Shown: positions 44,270 to 56,604 of the stretch, piece after piece
Position numbering within the stretch: the first letter of the stretch is position 1
How the letters are laid out: the number at the start of each line of letters is the position of its first letter
Notes under the pieces: model-generated
What the model was told of the DNA's origin: nothing
Seen by the model: the letters and a program-made list of their open reading frames with translations, nothing else
The model's database searches: none
Program-made: the position numbers and the translations under genes
From: Prorocentrum cordatum
Taxonomy: Eukaryota
Direction of reading: 5' to 3'
Assembly: GCA_963575745.1 (NCBI GenBank)
Contig: CAUYUJ010000072.1
Coordinates: forward strand, 1-64,000
Length of the DNA stretch: 64,000 bases

Positions 44270-45330
44270 ATCTTTGGAGCCTATGGGAACACTCTTGGGG
44301 CATCCTGGGAGCTTCCTGTGAGCCTCTTGGAGGAATCTGGGGTGCCTCCTTGGGCCTCTTCGGGGACATTTGGGGGCTTCTCGGGGGCCTCTTTGGCCGT
44401 CTTGGTGGGCTCCTGGTCCGTCTGACGCTGTCGGAAGCCGTCTTGGGGGCCTCTCTGGGCCGACCTGGGGCCTTCTTGCGGTGCTCCAGGGCCGTCTTGG
44501 AGACCATCTTCGGCGTTTTGGGGGCCGTTTGGGCCGTCTTGGGGGCCTCTTGAGGCGTTCTGGGGCCATTTTGGAGGCCTCTTGGGCGATTTTGGGGCGA
44601 TCTTTGGGGGCTATTGGGCCGTCTCGGGCCGTCGGAAGGCCGAATAGAAGCAAATGCTAAAATCCGTCAAACACCTAAGGAAAATGTTGGCCTCTTCGGG
44701 CCTTCCTGGAGGCCCTCTTGGAGACCTCTTGGGCCGTCTTGGGCCATCTTAGAGCCACCTTGGGCCGTTTTGGGGGGCTCCTGGCCCGTCTGACGCCTTC
44801 GGAAGCCGTTTGGGGGGGCCTCTCTGGGCCGACTTGGGGCCCTCTTGGGGTGCTCCAGGGCCATCTTGGAGGCTTCCTTGGGCGTCTTGGTGGGCTCTCG
44901 GGCCGTCTTGGGGGCCCTTTGGGGGGCCGTCTTGGGGGCCTCTTGGGCAGTCCTGAGGCCATCTTAGATGCCTCTTTGGCGCTCTGGGGGCGATCTTGGG
45001 GGCCTCTTGGGCTGTCTTGGGCCGTCGGAAGGCCGAAAAGGAGCAAATTCGAAAATCCTTCAAACACCTATGGAAAATCAATGGTTTCGGCCTCTTCGGG
45101 ACCCCCTGGAGGACTGTCGGAGGCCTCTTGGGCTGTCTTGGAGGCCTCTTCGGCACCTCTTGGGCAGTCCTGGGACGTCTTCGAGGCTTCTTGGGGGGAC
45201 TTGGAAGCATCTTGGACCCTCTTGGGCTGGCCGTTTTGGAGGTCGTCTTGGCCACCCTGGAGGCATCTTGGAGGCCAGCTTGGGCCATCTTGGCTGTCTT
45301 GAAAGCCATCTTCAGCTGGGAGAATTTTTT
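44270..45330 (+). repeat. TCTTGG-rich repeat, related subfamily with internal duplication
   Basis: gggccgtcggaaggccgaa...caaacaccta block at ~44626 and ~45019. Confidence 0.7.
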
Positions 45331-45398
45331 CCCGGAAATGGTGCCTTTCGGGTGGCCGGCTGCCTTGGCCGGAGCCCCCGTGGGAGTTTCAAAAATTC

Positions 45399-46664
45399 GC
45401 CTGGCGAAGGACCCAAGCATATGCTGCTGTGAATACCGCAATCGTGCTGGGTGGTGGCGGACGCATGCGGGCGGTGCCACTGGGGCCTTCGGTAGAGACC
45501 CCTTATGGGGCCACGAAACGTTGTACTGGGTGGGTGAAACGCAGGGAGCAAGGGTGGTGCTGGGTGGTGGCGGACGCATACGGGCGGTGCCACTGGGAAC
45601 GTCGGTGGAGCCCCCTATGGGGCCTCGAAACGCTGTACTGGGTGGGTGAAACGCAGGGAGCAAGGGTGGTGCTGGGTGGTGGCGGACACATGCTGGCGGC
45701 GCCACTGGGACCGTCAGTGGAGCCCCCTATGGGGCCTCGAAACGCTGTACTGGGTGGGTGAAACGCAGGGAGCAAGGGCTGTGCTGGGTTGTGGCGGACG
45801 CACGCGGGCTGTGCCTCTGGGACTTTCGGTGGAGCCCCATACGGGGCCACGAAACGCTGTGCTGGGTGGGTGAAACGCAGGGAGCAATGGCTGTACTGTG
45901 TGGTGGCGGACGCATGCGGGCGGCGCCACTGGGACCCTCGGTTGAGTTCCCTGTGGGGCCACGAAGCGCTGCACTGGGTGTGTGAAACGCAGGGAGCAAG
46001 AGCTGTGCTGGGTGGTGGCGGACGCATGCGGGCGGTGCCACTGGGACCTTCGGTGGAGCACCCTAGGGGGCCACGAAGCGCTGTACTGGGTGGGTGAAAC
46101 GCAGGGAGCAAGGGCTGTGCTGGGTGGTGGCGGACGCATGCGGGCGGTGCCACTGGGAACTTCGGTGGAGCCCCTACGGGGCCACGAAACGCTGTACTGG
46201 GTGGGTGAAACGCAGGGAGCAAGGGCCGTGTTGGGTGGTGGCGGACGCATGCGGGCGGTGCCACTGGGACCTTCGGTGGAGCCCCATATGGGGCCACGCA
46301 GTGCTGTACTGGGTGGGCGTAACGCAGGGAGCAAGGGCGGTGCTGGGTGGTGGCGGACGCAGGCGGGCGGTGCCACTGGGACCGTCAGTGGAGCCACCTA
46401 CGGGGCCACGAAACCATGTACTGGCTGGGCGAAACGCAGGGAGCAAGGGCGGTGCTGGGTGGTGGCGGACGCAGGCGGGCGGTGCCACTGGGACCGTCAG
46501 TGGAGCCACCTATGGGGCCACCGAGCGCTGTACTGGGTGGGTGAAACGCAGGGAGGAGGGAAGAGGGGGAGGAGGGAGGGGGAGGAGGAGGAGGAGAAGA
46601 GGAAAGGAACGCGGGGACAGTCTCTTCAAAACGAGGACCCAACACCACAGGATGGTTTGGAAAA
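45399..46664 (-). mobile_element. Helentron/DINE-1-like element, copy 2 (112-bp array)
   Basis: Reverse-complement tail cctggcgaaggaccca at 45400 and head ...aacaccacaggatggtttggaaaa ending 46664. Period 112. Confidence 0.75.
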
Positions 46665-46859
46665 GCAGAAGCGCCAAACCAATACCGAAAGGATCCAGCA
46701 CGCCAGGCACCCCTGTGATGAATCAACAGGGGGCGGCGGATGACGGAAAGCGCGCGTAGCGCTGCAATCCGTTAGTTGGGAGAAGTAGCCAGGGGTGGGG
46801 TGGGGGGTGGCAAAACCGGGATTGGATTTAATGCCCCAAACTTCTGCCATTTCGACCCA

Positions 46860-47420
46860 AGAATGCCCAAGCCAGCCCCAAGAGCGCCTAAGAGGCCCCC
46901 AAGACGGCCCAAAACAGCCCCAAGAGGGCCCAATATATTTCCAAGGGGGCCCCAAGACGGCCCATGAGCGCTCCAAGAGGGCCCAAGATGGTTTCAAGAC
47001 GGCCCAAGATGCCCCCAAGACGCCACAAGAGGCGCCCAAAGGGGACCCCCAAGAGGCAGACATCGCCCAATTCCTTCTTAGGAAAACGTGCATGTTTAAC
47101 GGCCCAGGAGGCCCCCAAGACCGTCCCAAGACAGCCCCAGAGGCCCCCAAGACAGCCCGAGCGGACGCCAAGACGAGCCCCAAGACGGCCCCAGAGAGGC
47201 CCCTGAGGGCCCCCAAAGGTTCCCAAGAGAGCCCCAAGGGGGCCACAGGAGGTCCCCAAGGGGACCCAGGAGGGCCCGCAGAGGGCCCCAAGACGGCCCA
47301 AGCCCTCCAAGACGACCCAAGAGGGTCTTGGGACGGTCCAACCTGGCCCCAAGACGGCCAAAAAGAGCTCTAAAAGGACCACCAGGCAGTTCCGGAAATG
47401 CAAGATTCATTGATTTTCGC
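46860..47420 (-). repeat. TCTTGG-rich repeat, inverted copy (CCAAGA units)
   Basis: Degenerate ggcccccaaga units. Confidence 0.65.
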
Positions 47421-47511
47421 AAGGTTGATTGCTAGATTTGTGTATGTCGTACCGAAGCCTGCCTCGGGATCCTGGTTAGAGCGCACCCCCGGAAGGTTTT
47501 CAGGGAATAAA

Positions 47512-47677
47512 ATGATGGGCTTGTTTTCCACCGCCACCACCAGAAGTCCTCCTCCTCCTCCTCTTCGTCCTCCTTCTCCTCCTCTTCTTCCTCCTCGTCG
47601 TCCTCTTCCTCCTCGTCCTCCACCTCCCTCCCCCCTCCAACGTAAGTTGTGGTGGTGGTGGAAAACAGTCCCATCAT
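47512..47677. mobile_element. Palindromic MITE family (atgatgggc..ttttccaccacc TIR, CCT core), copy 1
   Basis: Inverted ends; homologues at 52607-52798 and 62514-62726. Confidence 0.75.
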
Positions 47678-50600
47678 GAAGGTCGGAGCTCAAGCGACGG
47701 GGGTCAATGTAAACGGGTGTCAGTCAGAGCGCCCGATCTTGCGGGATCCTGCAGGGCCGAGGTTGCACGGACCTGGGTTTGGGTGCAGGATCCTGCAGGG
47801 ATCCTGCAGGATCCTGCAGGCTCTTGCAGGATTCTGCAAGGCCTGAATGACCCGGGTTTTGATTGTCCCGGGCGAGTAGATCTTCGAAAAGGAATATTTT
47901 CTTGTTTTCGGCAACAGCTATCCCGCATAATTAGGACGGATGAGCAATTCTCCAAGGCACCTTTGCATCATTGCCCCTTCTGCCCATCCTCGGCGACTTT
48001 CGCTGGCCAGTCTTGTCCGAAAAGCGTCAACATGGCCCCTCAGGGCCCTTGCATCCGTACCGCGCACACTTGTCATGCGGCTTGACTACCATTCCAGGGC
48101 TCAAGGATCAACGCCATCTCCTGCTGGTCCGCAGAGGGCATCCTCATGCGGGGCGCTCCACGGAGGGCCTCGCCGTCGAGGGACCTGCAGGTTGGAGCCC
48201 CCCGCCTCGGCGGAAGGCCGGTGGCAGCGCAGAGGGGGCGGCTCCGCCGGGCAGGCGGCGGTTCGGCTGTCGGGGGCAGCGATAGGGGGGGTAGGCACAG
48301 GGGGGGGGTGCATTGACCCCCGCCCATTGATCGCCGATAGGAGGTGGTGGTGGAAGGGGGGAGGGGGCGCAGGAGGGCGAAGGAGGGAGGATGAGGTGGT
48401 GGTGGAGGGACGGGGAGGAGCAGCGGCGAGTGAGCAGGGCGTGCAGGAGTGCAGGGGCCAGCTGGACGAGGGCGAGCCCAAGGCGCTCCTCAGGGGCAAC
48501 GATAGGGGGGGATAGCCATAGGGGGGGGATGCATCGACCCCCAATCGCCCATTGATCGCCGATAGGGGCTCGATGGCCCCAACCTGCCCAGGAAGGTTCG
48601 GATTCACAATCGGGGGCCCATCGCCGATCTACCGGCGATGTATCGCCGATTCCAGGTCGATGCATCCCCCTTTACGCCAGTCCCCGCCTATCGTTGCCCC
48701 CCAGGCTGCCAGAAGCCAGCCAGCGCAAAAGGATGGAGAGCCCTCCCCCCCCAAAGTCGGGGGTTGCTTGAAAGGTTCGGCGGCGAGCGAGGGGGGGGGA
48801 CGTGAGAAGGAGAAGGCCTTCTCAGAAGGCCGCGGGACTTCTCAAAAGCTCTCGCCCCTTCTGAGAAGTTTTCTGCGTCTTCGGGGAAGGCTTAGAAATC
48901 CTTTCAGAAGGCTGTGGACTTCCGAGCCTTCTGAGAGGGTCCGCCCCTTTTTGATTTTTCGCCGAGCAAAGGACAGAGAGCCCCCCCCCAAAGTCGGGGG
49001 GTGCTAAAGGTACCCCTGGTCCGAGGTGTCCCCAGCTTTTCGCTCAAGTTTGGAGCCCCTGGTGCCCTCTGGGCCTCGTGAGGGGAGCTCTGGAGGCCGT
49101 GGGGGCCTCCTTGGAAATCTTGGTGGCACCCTGGGTCAGGGGCGTTTCTAGCAACACCCGAGAAAAGGGCCTCTGTGTCGCCATTTGAGTGACAAAAGCA
49201 AACAGGGTCGTCTACGCCGACGTTCCCGCGTGAGCTCCCCGCGTGAGATCGCGCGTCCGAGCCCTCGTTTCCAGCGTAGCGTGCCACGCTGGCGGCCCCC
49301 GTAAGCCACCGCGTAAGGACGCTGTCCCACCCGGCGTGAGACTCCTTTCGTTTCGTCGCCCGTCTCTCGAGATGGCACCGTCATCTCCGCAGGAGGCGGT
49401 TCCCCCCATGCGGTCGGACCGAGCTATGATATCGAGATCGGCTCGGGGAGGACACCCTGGTGTTCTTCGTGCCTGTGGGATGCTCTTTGTGCATCCTGGG
49501 GGAGAGTGCTCATCAACGTTCTTCAGTTTGGCTGGCGGAGGGTCTCGTGCTCCTGGGGGATGTCCTTCTGCCCCGGCTCCGTCCGCACGGGGCGTCTGGC
49601 GCCAAAGGGGCTCCTTTTTGGGGCCCCTTTGGGAGCCAGCGGGTGCTCCAAGAGGGGCCATCAAGGGGCGCGTTCGGGGTCTCCCCGTGGTAGATGGGTG
49701 CCTCACCACTACTTGCACTGGCCGGCCCCCCCTCTTGAGCCTCATCACACTGGCTCTCTTTGGAGGGGCCCCCTTACCAACTGACAGGAAACCTGAAGAA
49801 CTCAGCGCGAACCGGGAAACAATGAAACAGGGCGCGTTCAGGGTTTTTGTTCCTTCACTTCCATGTGGGCCACCCCCCAGTGCGGTGGGGGCGTTGGTTA
49901 AGGAATGCGCCCAGGAGGCTGCAGACCCTGGAGGGTTCCTCATCTGATGAGGGTGGCGGTGACATCCACGGCCAAGCCTCGATCGGAGTTCCACTGGCCT
50001 CCAGACCCTGGATTCCTCATCGAAGGGTCCCTTATCCACTGCCACCACCGCGCGGAGGCGCGTGCCCGCGGGGCGGCGGCTCGCCCGTCCCGTGCGGCCG
50101 CAGCGGCGGCCTTGCGTGTGCAGCGCAGCATTGCCAGTGTGAACTTGTTTGGCACGGGCAGTTTGCCCTCGAAGAGAGAAAAGGGGAGGTTTGTCTCAGG
50201 AGGGGAAAAAGCACGCAGACACAATGAATCGTCGATCCCCAGGAAGAGATGGGAAAACATGGGAAGTGGCGGGGGAGGGAAAAAGCCAGAACATGTGGGA
50301 AAGTAGGGGGGATCCTGCTCTCCGTGTGTAGTGTGTATCTGATGTCTGTGCCCCAAGGCCCCTGCATTGCCCACCGCCGAAGTGCCACCACCTTACCGCC
50401 CGCCCGCTGTGCGGCGACGTCTCCGGCCTCGCGGGCCGTCGGCGCTCGAGGCATGCCTTCGGGCGCGGCGCGGCGGGGCGCCCCCCCGCCCGGGGCCTGG
50501 CCTGCCTGCCTGCGACGACGCGCTGCGGTGGGCCTCGCGCAAGGGAGCCGTACACCTTAGGCGATGCTCGATGCTTAAGAAAACTTAAGTTTCCGACTAG

Positions 50601-51680
50601 AGGTTCGATTATTCGTAACGTTTCAATGTAAATCCTAAGATTTGAATCGAAATGTTGTGTTTTTATTCCAGTTCTGAAGCTATGAATTTCTTAACCCATG
50701 ATTTCTTAAGCATTTCGCAGGGTGTACCGTCAGCCCGCGGACACACTGCTCGTTGCTTATCCTCCGAAAGTTTTTTGGTTGTTTTTTGGGTGGCCAGATC
50801 CTTGCATGTCTAACTGCTCCATCATGGGCCTCTGCCTGGCCACCAGGGGGCCAGGAGCAACTAGGAACGAGCACACTTAGAAATGATATCACTTAGAAGT
50901 GAGCGACGTGTACGGTGGGGGCGTTGGTTCAGGAATGCGCCCAGGGGGCTTCAGACCCTTGAGAATTCCTTATCTAATAAGGGCGGCGGTGATATCCGTG
51001 GCCAATCCACGATTGAAGTTCCACTGGCTTCGAGACCCTGGATTCCTGGTCCATTGGTTCCTTATCCAATGCCTCAACCGTAGTAAGGCTGAGCGACTTT
51101 CCGAGGTTGCCCCTGCATCCTTCCACTTCGGCCCATCCTTGGCCGCTTTCGCTGGCCGGGCCCCGCTCGCAAAGTGTCGACACGGCCTTTCGAGGCCCTT
51201 GCATGCGTATCGTGCGTCCGTATCATGCGGGGTGACCTGTGTTTCTCGAGTATGAGGTCGATTGGAGACTGGATTTGCCCCAGAATTGGAATCTTCGTGG
51301 GGTCTGCGAGATACACATAAACAGTTCCGTCGATCTTCGGAGCCTTCTGGCATTTTTCGCAGATTCGACTGAGCAAGACTTTGGGGTCAAATCAAGTCTG
51401 TAGTCGATACCATCTTCGAATTTCCGAGGAGCTGAGTTGAGCAATCCGTTTTCTTCTGTTGATGTCGGTTTGGGGGGCCTGTCATCTGCCGTGGGGTCAT
51501 CAGAAATTGAGCTGGGGCGAATAGCTATACCCCTGGGGAAGGATTCGAGGCATGATTGGGGCCACGCATTTAAAACAGCGTCTTCGGGTGTTCGGGTGTC
51601 CATTTTCTTCTGGACATGCTGACCTTATGCTGGTCTTGCAAGTTGTAGAAGGGGGAAGGAGGAGAAGGAGGAGGAGGAAG

Positions 51681-51712
<32 letters not shown>

Positions 51713-52606
51713 GGAGGAGGAGGAAGAGAAGGACATCCCTGGGTGTCTCCAAACTGCCCTGGCGGGCTCCAGAGAGAGAGAGGGTGGAATGAAGGTGGCG
51801 AGTACGAGCGGAGGGGGAGGGGATGACGAGGAGGTAGTAGGTAGGAGGAGTGAGGGAGAAGGGAGCGGGAGGGGAAGAGGCGGGGATGAGGAGATGAGGA
51901 AGTGGGAGGCTGGGAGGCGGGGGGGGGAGAGAGCCGGAGTCAGCCACGCGCAGAGAGGGGTAGAGAGGGGGGAGGGCTTCTTAGAAGCACCCCTGCTTTT
52001 TAGAATGCGCGGGCATTCCTGCAGGTGTGAGGCCAGCGCCTTCTAAGAGGCAGCCTCCTTCTATGAAGCCTGCCACCCTCCCCCGCGGCGCAGGGGAGCG
52101 GAGGGGGGGAGCAGGAGGAGTGTCCGACAGGTGCGGTATGATCGTGCCGACAGGCGCGGGGAGTGAGGCTTCGGACACTCGATCTCCTCGATCGAATCCT
52201 CCTCGATCGAGGACGTGGCCCGACGGGCGCGGTATGATCGTGCCGATTTGGTCGCCCTTTCCGAGGCGTTGGGGCCCCCCAAGTCGGCGATGTCGTGGAG
52301 GGCGCCGTCTCCTGGAACAATCGGAACGGGCGAGTCGAGGTCCGCGGGCTCGCACTTGAAAAGGGAGATGGGGGAGAGTCAGCATGACGCACCCCGCGAC
52401 GGTTACTATTGTTCATTCGGTGTGTTTCCATCGATGTTGGCCCCCGTGAGGCCTGACATTTGGCCCCCGTGCAGGACCATCACAATGGGTCCGGGGCGAA
52501 AGCGCACCCCTCAGGCAGGGGGTCGGGGCATCCTGGGACAAGCGCGAGGTCGGCCCGGGGATGCCTGGGAGCGAGCTCCGAGGGGGAACGGGTCATGACG
52601 GTCTTC

Positions 52607-52798
52607 ATGATGGGCTCGTTTTCCACCACCACCACTACCATAAGTTGGAGGGGGGGGTCTTCTTCCTCCTGCCCTCCTCCTCCTCGTCCTCCATAAGTTG
52701 GAGGGGGAGGGGGTCCTCTTCCTCCTGCCCTCCTCCTCGTCCTCCACCTCCCTCCCCCCTCCAACTTACGGCGGTGGTGGTGGGAAGCAGGCTCATCA
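52607..52798. mobile_element. Palindromic MITE family, copy 2
   Basis: Same TIRs, with an internal duplication of ccataagttggagggg. Confidence 0.7.
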
Positions 52799-52905
52799 CT
52801 TCACCGTCCTCGCGCTCGCTGGGCTCTCTAAGGCCCCAGCGCCCAGGACCCGTTTCCTTCACGACCCCTCTCTCTCATGGCAGCGGAGGAGGGTGAGGGG
52901 GGAGA

Positions 52906-53203
52906 TTCCCAGCCATCCTGTGCTGAGTTGGGTGCCTCTTCCTTCCTTCCACATATCCCTCCCCTGCCCTGCGCGCGCGCACATTTCGGCACACCCCTCA
53001 TACGTTTCCTGGCCCCATGGCCCCACAGGAAGCTCCGCCGAAGCCCCCAGGGGGTGGTGTTCCATAGCGTCCCCCCGACCAGTTCGGCACACCCCTCACA
53101 CGATTCGTGGCCCTCTAGGAAGCTCCGCCCAAGCCCCGAGGGGGTGGTGTTGCATAGCGTCCCCGCGGCCATTTCGGCACACAACTCTCTCTTCTGTTTT
53201 TTT

Positions 53204-53235
<32 letters not shown>

Positions 53236-54212
53236 TCCCTCTCACACACACACACCTTACACGTTTCGTGACCCAAGGGGAGCTTCACCGACTCCCCCAG
53301 CGGTGGTATTGCCTAGCGTACCCCCGCCCATTACACGTTACGTGGCCCCATGGGGAGCTCCACCGAATCCCCCAGGGGGTAATGTGACATAGCGCTCCAG
53401 CCGACTAATTCGGCACACCTTTCAAACGTTTCGTGGCCCCACAGGGGGCTCCACCGAAGCCCGTACAGGGTAGTGTTGTATGGCCTTCCAGCCGACTATT
53501 TCGGCACACCTTTCAAGCGTTGCGAGGCCCCACAGGGAGCTCCACCGAAGCCCCCATGTGCTTCTGCATAGCTGCATAACGTTCCCCCGGCCATTCTGGC
53601 ACACCACCTTCGCGCGTTTCGTGGCCGCAGAGGGAGCTCCACCGAATTCCCGTATGGCACAGTTCGAATGCGGTCCACACCCTCCATTCCGGCACACCCC
53701 TGGCACGTTTCGTGACCCCCATAAGGGGGCTCCACTGAAGGCCCCAGTGGCGCAGAACGCACGCAGTCCCCCCCTCCCGTTTCGGTACACTCCTCGCACG
53801 CTTCTTGGCCGCAAAGGGAGCTTCACCGAAGGCTCTGGTGGCACCGTTTACAGGCAGTTCCCCCCCCATTTCGGCCACATCCTTCACACGTCTTGTGGCC
53901 CCACGGGGAGCCCCACGGAATGCCCCAGTGTGGGGCAATTGACATGCGCCCCCCCGCCCAGATCGGCAACCGGCCAGGTCCCAGCACGGAGAGGCAGTTG
54001 TGTGAAGAGATCCGGCGAGTCCTCTGGCGCTGCAACGGTGGCCGGCACGACATGGCAAGCAGACTCAAGGCAGAGAGACATGGGAACATGATAGACCGCC
54101 CCTTGCCAAATCGGCACGCCCCTCACGCGTTTTGTGGCCCCATAGGGAGTTCCACCGGAGACGATCACAACTGCAGCACTCACAATGCAGATGGTTGGTC
54201 TTTCACCGGGAT
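52906..54212 (+). mobile_element. Helentron/DINE-1-like element, copy 3 (old, degenerate array)
   Basis: Diverged head ttcccagccatcctgtgctgagttggg and tail actcacaatgcagatggttggtctttcaccggg. Confidence 0.65.
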
Positions 54213-54289
54213 AATTGTTTTTTGTTCGGGAGTGTGGGGGGCCAGGGGCGCCCACTGCTTCCACCATGGGGTCCTGAAGAAGAGTTGTC

Positions 54290-56202
54290 CTCCGCCGAAG
54301 AAAGCGGACGGGGGGGACGCGGCGGGCAATCCAATCTACGCGCCGGAAAACACCCGTCCCCTCAGCATCACCAACACTGACAACCGTTTGTTGGCAGGCG
54401 CGGTCCGGGTGAAATTAGAGCCCCTCATTGCCCCCGAAATCTCCGACATGCAGCGCGGCTTCGTGGGGGGGCGCAGCATGCTGTCAAACTTGGTGGACAT
54501 GGATGAGGGAATGCAGGCTGCAGCTCTGTCCGAGGAGCGAGCAGCAGCAGTCCTCTTCGACTTCGCAGCGGCCTTCCCCAGCGTCAGCAGGGAGTTCATG
54601 CACGAGTTGTTCGCTTCATTAGGCTGGCCAGAGTGGCTCTTGCAGTTCGTCCGCGCGCTGTACTACGACACGACCTGTTTGATTTCCGTCGGCGGGGCTC
54701 GATTTGCTGGCTTCCGGATGGCCGGCAAGGATGCCCTTTGTCGCCGCTATTGTTCGCCGTGGCCGACGACATTTTGCTTCGGCGCATCGCTCGGGCGTTG
54801 CCGCGCGCATTGGTGCGAGCATATGCCGATGACCTCGCCGTTGTCCTCCCCACCGGCGTGTGCGCGGCGGAGACGTTGGAGCCGATGTTCGAGGAGTACG
54901 CGCGCGTGTCTGGCTTGAAACTACACCACGGGATCGCATTGGGTTCCGCTGTATCCAGTTGGGGTGGAAGCGGAACGTGCTCGGTTGGGGGCGGTCGCGG
55001 CTTCATGGGCTGCTTTCAATATTTCATTCTCGGCAGGGTATCTCGGATTTGTCATCGGGCCGGAGCGGAAGTCCCTGTCATGGGCCAAAGCGTTGCGCAA
55101 GTACGATGAACGGGCGCTCATCTGGAGATCCATCGGCGGCGGCTTGGCCTTATCTCTCGCGGCCCACAGCACGTACATACTCCCTGTGGTGTTTTTCCTG
55201 GCGCAGTTGGACGCGGTTCCAGACGCGTGGGAGGATCATGAACGCAGAGCTCTGGCTCGACTGCTGCCTGGCCCTCGTGGGTGGCTACACCCAGACGCTT
55301 TACGTGGCCTCGGACAGCTACATTGCACAGGCTGCGTGCGCGACTTTAAGGACTTCCGGGCGTGGGCCGACGCCGCCAAGAGCAGGGTGGTCAATTGGGA
55401 GGCGTTGCCCGCGGGAGGGCTACGCGTTGCCGCGCGAGCACAGGCGCTCCGTCGTTTACAAGCAGCTTGCGCCCCCCCCAGACATGCGAGCCGCTCTGTG
55501 GAGCGACTGGTTCGGTTCAGTTTTTTGTTTCTCTTGGAGCAGGCGGAAAACCGAGTACAGCGCGCAGCGGACAGTCGTGGAGCGGGGATCGTGAGCTTGC
55601 CCAGGGACCCAGCCCGCTCCGACGTGACCAGGCGGCAGTGGCAGCGCACGTTCTATAAAGTGTTCCTCCCAGATCACACGGAGGCTGAGTTCCGTCACCT
55701 CTGGCGTCGTCTTGACCAATGGGAATTGCCTGTGCTCCCTGGCCACCGCGTACATCGTGCCGTGGACGTGCTCAAGGACCTATCCAACAGCACGACGCCG
55801 CGCATTTTCGCTGCGACGCTGCGTGCGCTGTGCCGGGGCTGGGCTACAACGCGGCGGTCGGCCATTTGCCGCCTCCACTGCGGCCGGGGCGAGGACAGCG
55901 TCGAGCACTACGCACATTGTCCAGTGTTCCGCAAGTTTGCGTGCCAGCGGCTGTGGTTTCCGGATGTTGGGCCGTCTGATCGGCTCGTCGTGCTGTTGGG
56001 GCTCGGCGGGGCTGGGTCGCGCGACGGCCATGTCTGGGCAATCGCTCTGTACGCGCTGTACACCTCGCAGTGCATGTTGCGGCACGGGCATCCCGCACAC
56101 GGCCAATTGGACGACTTACTACTGCAGCGTGCGCACGAAGGAGTTCGCGGGCACGCCCGGGCAACGCAGGCACTTGCCAGCGCCCTGGCTGGCCGCCCGT
56201 AG
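54290..56202 (+). pseudogene. 5'-truncated LINE ORF2 (RT through C-terminus) with two frameshifts
   Basis: PKK...TRPLSITNTDNRLL, QRGF, FDFAAAFPSV, RQGCPLSPLLF, AYADD, YLGF, CRLHC...EDSVEHYAHCP. Frame breaks near 54720 and 54960. Confidence 0.9.
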
Positions 56203-56604
56203 ACGACGCAGGAACGTCTCCCGCCACGACCAGCCCGCCGACCCGCACCGTCCAGCTCATCCGCTCCAGCGCCGTCCTGTTCGCCGGCTTCGCGGCCGAC
56301 GACGGGACAGGTGAAGGACCATCATCGATGACTCTCGCGCCAACCAGCTCACCGACTCCCGTGCCGACCAGCTCCTACTCGGCGCAAATTACACCAATAA
56401 CGAACCCACAGCTGACTTACAGCAACCGACCACTTCGCCGTGTCCCAGACAGCCCAGTTCGCCGACTCCTGCGCTGACCAACCCACCGGCCCCCACACCG
56501 ACAGGCTCGCCGTTTCCCGCGCCGACCACCTCACCGACAATATTTTGGGTGCGCCGGCCTATCCTAGACATTATCGCCATATTGGGTGTACCGGCCTATC
56601 CTCG

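Noticed and set aside
44560..44585. gccattttgg resembling the dinoflagellate spliced leader
   Set aside because: Only ~10 nt match, inside the TCTTGG repeat; CCGTA and CTCAAG are missing.
49935..49960. ctgatgag as a hammerhead ribozyme core
   Set aside because: No properly placed GAAA or stems, and the paralogue at ~50975 reads ctaataag.
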